A stretch of DNA of 63,487 bases, filler included, from Choristocarpus tenellus KU-1152 (Eukaryota; Protista; Phaeophyceae): the NCBI GenBank assembly GCA_964200185.2. It is 11 parts of 11 records of this genome, joined end to end, with 100 filler letters (N's around TTAATTAATTAA, not from the genome) between each part and the next. Parts side by side here need not be neighbours in the genome. Positions count along the whole stretch, not along the records: positions 42,083 to 55,957 come from CAXNAD020001338.1; positions 56,058 to 63,487 come from CAXNAD020006177.1; 9 more parts are not named here. One strand, given 5' to 3'. Each line of letters starts with the position of its first letter. The first letter of the stretch is position 1. Positions 53,205 through 63,487 of this stretch are shown one piece after another. The notes beneath the pieces are model-generated. The model was not told the origin of the DNA and searched no databases. It worked only from the letters and a program-made list of their open reading frames with translations. The position numbers and the translations under genes were made by a program.

Positions 53205-55865
53205 AATATATGTAACATCGGTCCCAAAGGTCACTGCTCCAGTGGGGTACGAGTTTTTGCCAGAAGATCTAGCAAATCCTATGGACCTGGAAGAAGAAGA
53301 GATGGGAGTGGAATATCCCAAGGTGTTCCTCGCTGTCAAGGTATGTACTTGGCGTATGGTAGTACATCATGGAGAACAAAACAAAAAGAAACAAGCGTTG
53401 CTGCCAGTGTGTGATCACATGAGCATGTATACACAGGGAGTGACACTGAATAACTTGCCATTTCAGACCCATTGCAGCCTGTACTGCTGGCTAGCGATTA
53501 AGCTATTTTCTTGGACAAGGGCTCACTGCTTCGGCATCATGTGCATGCCAGAGGGATTGAAATCTACAATGTTAAATATTCAAAGCAGGCTGGACTCCGA
53601 GTCAAGGTCGTGACCCTTGGCCCCTTCTTCTTGAGCCAACAGAATCTAGGCCTTTTCCTTGCCTACACCTCACCCCCCACAGAAAGTTCCTTATGTGGAT
53701 GGTGTTCACCCTTTCACGGACCTTGCTGTGGTCTATGGAGGAGACAGCTTTCAAATGGGTTCTGGTTTTATCACTCTGCCAATGCCTGAGGTGCGTGTGC
53801 GCGTGTGTTGATGCATTTGGATTACTTGAGTCAAAACACAATGTGAATAAGAATGGCAACACACAAGAATAATAATAATAATATAACATATACATATAGC
53901 ATAGCATAGTATAGTATAGCATATATGAACATAGCATTGGTTTCCTCTTCAATGAGCAACTTTACTCAGGCAAAGAGCAAGGTGGTCCACAATCCCCACC
54001 TACCATCCATTTCATCAATTAAGAAAACAACTGCAGGATGCCAATGGACTCATCATGCCTGTGCCTAGGCAATATTCATGTGACACTAACACTTCACATG
54101 TCACAGCTATCAAGCAGACCTAAAACCTACCCCAAAACCAATGCAGGTAGTGAACAAGTGCTATGGTTGCCACTTGTATGTATGCTTCAAGAAGACGGAC
54201 ACATCTGCTCAAGTTATTCAACAGGTTGCAGAGCGTACCACAAAGAAGTCAACCAGGCAGGCAAGTTTATGGACTGAGCCAGTGCTTGCCCTCTCACTAT
54301 GCCTAGGAAAACTCATTTTAAAAACCAGTAATAATGACTGGATGGGCCCTTTGCAGCACATGCCGCACAATGAATTTTTGGTGCACTCACCGCCTTGAGT
54401 CAAAGTATCTTAGAGGGTAGAGCCGCGTCCATTTGGGAGCCAAAATCCAATGTTGGGATATTGGCTATCGTGTTTGTTAGCAATTGTCAATATCCTTGTT
54501 CCGTACACACCTTTTCATAACGTATACATTTCGGAGTAGGAAAATATTTTAAAAAACAGTGGGAAGCCAAGCCCCAAACAAGCAAACAGGTCAAAACTCG
54601 TACCCTCTAAGATGTTTTCACTCCCTTGCAGGTGGAGGAGCAATTGGGTCTATGGTATACAGATAATGCATCCATGAGTCACGGATCAGAAGACGAAGAG
54701 TATGATGTGGACCCCAACATGACCCCAGATCAGGTGCTATACTGGGAAATAAATGAACTTGCTACTCCACCTTTTCGTTGACATCAAGTAAAGATCTTCC
54801 CCAGATGTCATGGGAGACCACTCTAGATACCTTTTCCCAACACCTTGTCCCGGAAAAGTTAGCAACATCACATGCTACTATTAAAGGTAGTAACTTCACA
54901 TTCATGCTTTGGGGCCTCATGTAAATACCTTGCTGATCCTTTGTGCTTGCTGCCTGCACTCTTGGTTCACCCTGAAGTCTATTCAATTACTTGAGCAACC
55001 GACTCTCTCACGTTTGCGTCAATTCTATCTTTGTATGAATAGATTCGAGCATGGGAGGAGCAAAGGGCGAATGAAGCCTCTGAACGTGCGGCAAAGCGAG
55101 ATAAGGTACTGGCAACAATGCCATATGATTTCACCATACCACAAGGAGGAGCGTTGGCTAGGAAAGTACTATTAGTACTCTGGTATATCCGATGGGCTCA
55201 CTCTTGTGTTGACTCATTACCACTTTGAAGTAATAGTTTGAAGTCGTTTTTGAGTATCAACTCAAAGAGTATACAGGCAAACACTCTTGAAGTGTAGATG
55301 GTTCTCAAAGATGGTTTCCTGCTCCCCGGCGGCAGGCAGATAGGGATAAAAAGCGGAGGGAGGCCAAAGAAGCATTTCGACTCCACAAGGAAGAAGCGAT
55401 CAAGGAGAGGGAGGAGCTGCTTAAGGTGACCCTTGGGTTACAAACAACACCCTTGACAAGAAAAAAAGGAGAGGCCCATCCACCTTGTCCCCCCCTTTTA
55501 ACTGCAGGAACATACAGAACTCCTGCTTCCGTGATGAATGTTACTATGGGGTGAAATGATGCTCTGGCTCGAATGCCATTAACGCCACACATTGTGACTT
55601 TGCCCCCCAAGCCCAATTCATCCTGTCCCAGGATCTAACTTCCTCTCTCGCCCTGCTGAAATAATCCACAGGACAACATCGAGTGGCAGAAGCAGATTGC
55701 CGCACTGCTGACATCCCAACAAAAGATGCGAGAAGAGGCAAGGGCGGAGCATACAAGGGGTATGGAGAAGGAGGCGACACCTGTACACGAGAGTGAGAAG
55801 CACTACGCTGAGACTCTTGGTGCTATCGTTGCAACTAGAGGGCGACTACAAGAGCAGCAGGTGTA
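53205..55865 (+). pseudogene. Degraded exon-like coding fragments, product unidentified
   Basis: Splice-bounded, protein-like segments (IYVTSVPKVTAPVGYEFLPEDLANPMDLEEEEMGVEYPKVFLAVK|gt at 53340; ag|VEEQLGLWYTDNASMSHGSEDEEYDVDP at ~54632; RQADRDKKRREAKEAFRLHKEEAIKEREELL at ~55335) are interrupted by stops, frameshifts and a MITE. Confidence 0.3.
54397..54623 (-). mobile_element. MITE family A copy
   Basis: Reverse-orientation copy with small internal deletions and a perfect 4-bp TSD CCTT. Confidence 0.88.
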
Positions 55866-56457
55866 GCCAATCTGTCAAGCAATGTCTGAGCTTTAAACTG
55901 TGGTAGTGATTGCTGAGGCCCAAAGTATCTGGGAGGGGGTGGCGGCTGTCCATTTGGNNNNNNNNNNNNNNNNNNNNNNNNNNNNNNNNNNNNNNNNNNN
56001 NTTAATTAATTAANNNNNNNNNNNNNNNNNNNNNNNNNNNNNNNNNNNNNNNNNNNNTTTTCAAAACGACCTGTGATCTGCAAAATATGTGCCCCCTGCT
56101 CTCAAACCACACCTACCTCTCCGACAGAACACAGAAAAACGAAAAAAAAAAAAAACACCCTGCACACACACATGCCACCCTCTTTCTGAACTTGGAAATA
56201 CTTCACAGTCCTCAACTCGTGTTCTGTGCGTGTATATGTTTTGCCTGCATTCAAGAAATAAATAAAAAAAACATCTAAGATTTCACAACAACAACAACAA
56301 AAAATGGGGCTAAGACTTGATCACAAATAAACGCCTCCGAATTCACAACAATAAAATTATCACACGAATAGAACGCAGCACATCGTAGAAAGAAAAAAAG
56401 AAAAAAAATACAAATGAATTTTTTTTTAATGTCATCCGTATATCCCTTCACCAAAAC

Positions 56458-56488
<31 letters not shown>

Positions 56489-56886
56489 AAAAATACACAC
56501 AAAATACACACATATGCCCTCATCGGCCATTACAAGCTTCTGTCAAGCGACGAGTGGATTCAAACCCGATCGAATGGTAGATTCTCTTGCCCTCGTAAAA
56601 ATAACTTGGGCATAACTCGTTAAAAAAAAATCTGGGTTCGACGAAATAACTTGGGCATTCACAACGGAACGCCAGTAGTACATACCGGTGCGTCAGCCTC
56701 CTGTCTTATTGCCAATGCACAACAACAACAACAACAAAAAAACTGAATCACTTTTTTTTTTTAATGAATCTCGGTGGCGAAGACTCGTCAAAAGGATCGA
56801 ATCCAGGATTCATTTCCGGCGGAGGGCGAGTGACTGCACGCAAGATTCGAGGGAGGAGACAGGAGCGGACGAGCAGCGGGATGCGG

Positions 56887-56938
56887 CTTAACTGAATAAA
56901 CTTAACTGAATAAACTTAACTGAATAAACTTAACTGAA
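56887..56938. repeat. 14-bp tandem repeat (CTTAACTGAATAAA) x~4
   Basis: Direct reading. Confidence 0.9.
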
Positions 56939-57208
56939 CCCAACCAGCGAACAAACGCAAGGGCTCAATAGAGAGAGAGAGCCAGCCCAAGTATGTACGG
57001 AGCCAGTGCATCTATTGCCTATGGTACAACACGCCACTTAAATAATTCGCGGTTGGTCAGGAGTAGTGCAGTGCCTAGTGCCTCTGACCACGAGTTGGAT
57101 CCGAGAAGGGTTCAACCTAGATTCAAAAACAAGCGACTGGAGAGTAGAGTGTAGAAAAAAAAAATGACTGGGGTGAAATAGCCAAGTATTGATAGTGCAT
57201 CTGTCTGC

Positions 57209-57260
57209 TATGTATGTATGTATGTATGTATGTATGTATGTATGTATGTATGTATGTATG
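57209..57260. repeat. (TATG)n microsatellite in an importin intron
   Basis: About 13 TATG units. Confidence 0.9.
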
Positions 57261-57300
57261 TTATATGTATATTTATGTGTACACATGGACCGACACCTAC

Positions 57301-58601
57301 CTGAACGAGTCCGCTCGTGTGAGGAACAAGTACTACCCCAGCGTACTCAGAGAGGTTATTGATCAGGTCCAGTCCAACGCTCTTCAGCATGGGCGACTGC
57401 TGGGTAGGGCTGCACAATGCCACCGTCAAGGCCATCAACTCCGGCCACTGAATAAACAAAACAAAAAGAAACACGAGACATCCGGTAGGAGAGGGGAGGG
57501 GGAGGGGGAGGGGGGAGGGAGATGAATCAGGAAGAGAAAAAATAAAAATAAAAATCGCGTGAGGACAAAGAAGAAACAAATTCAAAGTAACACATTCCTA
57601 TCAAAAGCATTTGTTTTGTATTGAATTATTATTGTTGGGGGGAGGGAATCGTGGTAAAAACGTACATCCACTGCAGTACTGTGACACACCGATCAAGTCG
57701 ACTATTAATACAACAAACACACCAAAGAAGTGTTTTTTCTTGTCAAAAAACCGACCAACCGAATGTAACGATCCTTGAAATAAAAAACTAAAACTTTGGT
57801 TTTTTGACAAAGGACTCGTACACATCCAACTCACAACCAACAACAAAAAAAAAGCACCCCTCTTTCAGACACAAACCACATACCAACATCACCAAGTAGT
57901 TACACTCCTTCTCCCACCTACCGTAGAGGCCTCCTCCCCTCCCCATGCTCACCCAAGACACTGACTACAACCCGTACTGTGAGAATGAGCCGCGGGAAAC
58001 TCAATGAATCCAAGAACACACACACACACACACACACTGATGCTGAAATTGAATAGCTTAATTAATTCACTCATTTACGCAGTGCTTGTCTTCTCACAAC
58101 ACGCTGTGTGTGTTCCCCACACACACCTCTGAGAACCTTTTCCCAAGACTCCTCACCACACTCTTGCATCACCCAGCAAAACTCAGACCTTGCTTGGCGC
58201 AATACAACGCAATACAATACAATACAATACACAAAATAAAAAAATAAATGCGACGCAATGCACAGTGTGAATGCCTTTATTCTAATCAAAAACCTTGCGA
58301 CTTTTCTAACGGAGTCAAATGCTTTCGCTCGCAAAACCTTTCCACTCACAACACCATTTTTTTTTTTACCGGAATCTAGATTTTTTTTTGTCTACCCTTT
58401 GTATACTGACTGCGCGTGTTGCTGCCCCGTGTTTTGTGTCCAACGCCATCAACAACTGTTCAAAAATACCCTTGTCAATGAAAATACTCCCTCTCTCGAT
58501 TAAAGTTGAGAATCGCACAAAAAAAATAATCCAGAAAAGAGTACTCTCTCTTATCCAGTTTTTGGATTTTTTCCCATGCCTCAGGTAGGTTAAAGGTTTA
58601 C

Positions 58602-58637
<36 letters not shown>

Positions 58638-60628
58638 TACAGCTACTCCTCCTCGAGAACCATGCGCTCACACTACATTGTGCCTACATTTACTAGAGTT
58701 GTGAACCAGCGCAGATTGGAATCAGCCCCATTCAATCTTAATCGCCAATGAATGAACTGATGACCCAATATCTTTTGGACCGATCATTCAGGTATATTCC
58801 AACCGCCATCTGTGTCCGTCCCCACACTCCTCCGTAAATTCCTGTTTGTATCATGCACAATGACACGTGCATACACATGTGTGACATCAGCCTCAAAAAA
58901 AAACGTCTCGGGCGGGGTCCTTCACCAGCCGGAGGAGGGTCTATACTCTCTCGCGGTTGTACCGCTCGCCACTCACGCGTTTGCTCGCAGACGTGCGCTG
59001 TAACCCAGATGATTCATTGTTCTTAACCATCTACAATGGAGACCTGAACCAATCATCTTCGCAAACTCACAAACCCACTCGGTTCACACAACTCTAAGCA
59101 TGCCTGTAGGGCATTATCAGGCACACTAGACTAAGTGAAAAGTATGTAAATATATATATATATATTTATGTATATGATTACATTTTAAATTAGATTATTG
59201 AGTGGGCATGTGTTGCGATCAGACGAGGTGACTTACAGGGTGTGCCGAAAACTCCCTCTCATACAAAAATTCACAGAAGAAAAAGATTACTATGGAGCAA
59301 CATCATAGTCCCACAGAGCGCTAGAGAACCTCAAATGGAACTCGCAACCTACTTCCAGGCGCCTTTCCACGCAGGACAAAGAGATCAAATGATGCAACAC
59401 TGAGTGTATCAAAACCCAGAGTGCATCTTAAATTCCTGTGCTCGGTATCCACCTGAAATAGTCAAATAAACGGACACAATATATGTATATATATATGCTC
59501 CACTCTGCACTAGATTCAGCCTCAAAAAGACAAAGATCTCTACGATCAAATTTATGAGCTGTCCCAGTACAGTTAATTTAGGTGCCAAACAAAGAACATG
59601 CTCGCTTGCTTCAAACTTTTTTTTTGCAATGCCTACACGCCTTCCAGAGTACTGTGACAGTCTCGACTGAAACATTCCCTGCAATTGACCCATCCCTCCC
59701 GCTCATGGTTACCGAACAAACAGCGCTCTCTCATTTGAGAAATCATGGGGCCATGTAACGGTGATTCTAATGCCCAGATAGCGTTCTGCCGTATCAATCC
59801 AGGGGCGTCACGGTTAAGATGATTTCAAATCGTTTAGAGTATCATACAACAAAAGGGCAAAGCACTATTGATGATAATATAGGCATACTACTATATACAT
59901 TCAAAGCTAAATGGATTATTAATTCATGGGCGTGTCGTCATAGATAGCGCTAGATGTTAGTCGAAGCTATTTTTATAAAATATTTTTAGGAGCATACAGT
60001 CATATAGCACCATATGGAAGCAAAAAGTAATTATTGATTGTTGATACGAGCATAGAATCGCAACACAAAGATGTTTAGTCAAAATGTCATTTATACGTTG
60101 GTAAGCACAACATAGGCAATAGAAATTTATACACAAAATGCAATCAATCACCACTGGTGTGTGTGTATTCACTGCACAAAGTCAGAGTACACAAAATGCA
60201 ATCGCAATTGGCGTGTGTGTGCACACTACACAAAGTCAGAGTGCTATCAATATAGTACAAACACTACTCAGGATTACAGGTCCCATGGTCACAGTACTTT
60301 TGCATACGAAGCACTCTAGAGTAAGTATTCTTCTGAATCTAGTGTTCTCCCTTCAATGAGCTGTGTTTCTCTCACATAGGGTGATACTAGGTATTTTCCA
60401 ACAAATATCCAACCTACCATGCAGCAGATACTGGTTTAGTAACTACAGGTCAGTCTGTATCTTTACAGTGCTTGATTTCTTTTCCAAATTTTTCACAGCC
60501 ATTTTTGTGATGCTTGGAAAGTACATAGTGGTGATATCTGTTTTCCAGTACAAAGTACTGCTGTTGATGATGAGTAAGAAACAATGAAATAACACTCTGT
60601 GCGTAGTAAAACACATTTAAGTATATAT

Positions 60629-60664
<36 letters not shown>

Positions 60665-63031
60665 TTATGTGTGGGTATAGTCGTTGCACGATGTATGCGC
60701 GTTCATAGTACTCTTGATGATAGATGAGTAGATAGTCATGGGGCTATTGATGATACATCCAAAGCACTGGTGAGGACTAAAACGAGTAGGTAGTCAAAGT
60801 ACAAACTAGTGAGAAATCTTGATGGCCGATGAGTGTATGGTGAAGAACTATCATACACAGTCAAGCTACCGTTGATGTCGAAGCGAGAACACAGCAGAGT
60901 CCTATTGATAATGTATATATATATAAAAATATAATATATATATATAAAATATAATATATATATAAAATATAATATATAAAAATATAAATATATATTTTTA
61001 AAAATACTTTCATGTAGAGTTAAACACTATTCAGAATCCATCCATATTACCATCGTACTCCTGTGATGATTGAAAAGTACATAGTCAAAGTGCTTTACGC
61101 ACAGTAGTCAGATTATTATTCAAGATTTTGATCAGTATAATCAAGGTTACATTTTTCACTTTGATGAGCAAATAGTTATATTCCCACTTACTTAACCAAT
61201 CTAATTTAGCTCGAGAGTACTACTTACCAGATTATTATTAATGCTCATTGAATTGAAATGTTGGTCCATTCTTGTCGCCTTCCTCTATAGGATATGTCAC
61301 TTTTAAAATTAATTTCTTAGTAGTCATGCATGTTTGCAGAGTGCAATCAAACGACTAAAGCATGGTTGAATGAGCACTCAAAAATTCAAAAATATCAAGA
61401 AATGTAAACACGACTTTGTTGCAGTGAAGCTATGTATGGTTCGTCCTCTCTCAACCTACCTATCTACAGACTCTCTTGCGGGTGTTGATCATCAAAGTAG
61501 TTTCTTACCTGTGGTCTCTGCAACTAAATATATTTTGTAAGGGCAAACTGAAACTGTTTACAATTCCGATACTGTCCGCAGGTTTGATAAATCTTGGAAT
61601 GGGGAAAATGATCTAAGTAAATTGCATAGCAAAACCTGGAAGTTACTATGATATTGTATAGGAAATTCTACCAATTGATTAAATTGCTACATGTAATATG
61701 AAGTGAGCCTGTTATTTTGCCTTGCTTGCCTTGGATTCATCTGACATGGAAACGCCTGCCAGCTGACCCACAGCATGTGTTATCTTCCTCCTAATATGAG
61801 AGACAGACTCCTCCGTCAGGCATGCCAGCAGTGCCGACTTCACTGTGACAGTCAATGGCGATGTCGCACACACACATAGACACACATACACACACATACA
61901 CACACACATACACCCCACACACAAACAAGCACAAGACAGAATGGGTGCCATTACAATGGTAAGGTTGGGTGGAGGGCAAGAACTTGCTTGGGGGGGGTTG
62001 AAAGAGAGGACAGGAAGGTAGGAAATGCACAGATATGTCCTGATTACTCCCAAGAGGAGAGGAAGAAAAGCCTTCACCATATCAGTGCAAACCTGAGACA
62101 ATGGCATTTCCTCCTGTTAGTTCTGTGGTGATTTTTGGAATCTGTGCATGGATGAGATGGTGCAGCTGTAATGTCTAACGGTGAAAAAAGGGAGGTAGAA
62201 GAGATCAAGCCAATGATTGATACCACCCATGCACACCCCTTCATTGCTGTTCAATCTGACACAATAGCAGACCCTCCAGCTGGACCAAATATGCTATTTC
62301 TGCTTCACCCAATTTTACATTGTTGTTAGATTGAGATTGAAGGTTCACTGCGGTTCTGCTTGTGCAGGGGTTGAGGACGGGAAAGATGCGGATTGATCTA
62401 TCGGCGTAAGGGCGTGAGATATATCAGGTGTACCTCCAGATTGTGTGGTGGGCTGCACCCTGTACCATACGTCCGAGCGCACACCGAAAAGCGTCCTAAA
62501 GAGAACGGCCGACATTGCTCTAATGGAGGCATTGTCTTCGTCCCGCCTTGCCAAGACTCCACAAAGCTTCTCTAGTGTCTACCAATAGAGATTGAAGTGG
62601 TGATGGGTTAGGGGTAGGCACAATGAAGGAGAATTAAGACAACGAAGAAGAGGGAAGGTAGAGGTCAAGGTTGGGAGACAGAGGGGGTGGACTGATAAAA
62701 CCTGGAAGTAACTTGGGCGGTGGCGAGCCAACAGGGTGTGGTCGAGGTAGGGATGAAATGCTAAGCAGAAAAACGGCCATAGGGTAATCGTAGTCTATAG
62801 GTATTCTGAAGACTACAGGATACGTACGAATTTCTGAAAAAAATCATCTCTGTCCTGTAAGCAACTCCGTCCCTTCTCGACCAACACGTAACAATGACCA
62901 TCTTCGCCGATGAATACCTCATCCGGGGACTCCCGCTTCATCTGTTCCCACACCACCTCGCCCTGGCGTCGCTCTTCATTTTTTGGGGACATGAGCACAT
63001 GGAGTAGGTTGTCGAAGTTAAGGGAAGTCAT
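57301..63031 (-). CDS. IPO5: Importin-5 / karyopherin-beta3-like HEAT-repeat protein, N-terminal 4 exons
   Basis: Exons 63031-62918, 62578-62434, 61842-61730 and 57447-57301 splice to MTSLNFDNLLHVLMSPKNEERRQGE...RAMSAVLFR...VKSALLACLTEESVSHIRRKITHAVGQLA...K|WPELM..., showing the importin-beta N-terminus and WPEL motif typical of IPO5/IPO4/Kap121. Truncated by the contig boundary at 56058. Confidence 0.85.
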
Positions 63032-63319
63032 CTCGACCCTAGAGACTAGAGTTGTAGGCGCCCAATCCTTTTTAGAGTGGGATTCAAATTTGTTTGGTCA
63101 AGAAGGAGGGTTCCAACCCTAACCCTTGGTGAAGTACACTATATACAAAATGTAGCCAAATAATTCGAAATCACAAAGCATATTTTTTTATGTTGCTTTT
63201 TCTGACTTGTGAATAGTTTCCATTGGTTTTCCCTCTAACACATCTCCAAAATGTGAGAGGACATAATAACATAATTGTTACCATCACAATTTCGAATATT
63301 ACATATTTTTTGAGAGAGT

Positions 63320-63487
63320 TGTGAATCGTGTGATTGTGTGGCGGCGTGGTTCACTCAGGCAATCAAGGGTGGCGAAGATAATCACCGGGTAAGACGAACC
63401 ACACGAACAAGGACGAACCGTGACTAAGGGTACGAGGTTAAGGTTGGTCAAGCGTAAACTTAGGAGTGATGAGCAACATCAAAGATG
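63320..63487 (+). mobile_element. Second LTR-like dispersed repeat, copy upstream of the importin gene
   Basis: Colinear with 20046-~20205; runs to the window end. Confidence 0.65.

Overview
Eukaryotic, intron-rich and transposon-littered DNA, probably from a photosynthetic stramenopile such as a brown alga or close relative. That assignment is an inference from a bipartite-looking plastid presequence, the long GT-AG introns and a spliced Spondin_N gene. The window is not contiguous: it is 11 contigs joined by ten identical 100-nt spacers (44N-TTAATTAATTAA-44N), so adjacency across spacers is unreliable. Genes I can reconstruct by hand: (1) a PHT4/SLC17-type MFS anion transporter (minus strand, 4 exons visible, cut by a spacer); (2) head-to-head with it, a large low-complexity protein with an RG repeat, a basic NLS-like stretch and a short beta-rich motif resembling the plant ARID-HMG/MNM1 conserved domain; (3) a 5-exon Spondin_N-domain gene with several inactivating lesions; (4) a small 4-exon Lys/Glu/Arg-rich coiled-coil gene; (5) the first 4 exons of an importin-5-like karyopherin, with a probable GC-AG intron. 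Much of the remainder is mobile-element debris: a ~255-bp MITE family with GAG...CTC ends and 4-bp TSDs (Sola2-like), solo-LTR-like elements with 4-bp TSDs, several remnants of a Tc1/IS630-like clade (two carrying a tRNA-like Pol III box), a pogo/Tigger remnant, a Copia gag remnant, hairpins and minisatellites. I found no CRISPR array, rRNA, intact tRNA or intact novel multi-gene system. The best candidates for undescribed biology are the MITE family, the tRNA-like module inside the Tc1-like elements and the orphan nuclear protein.
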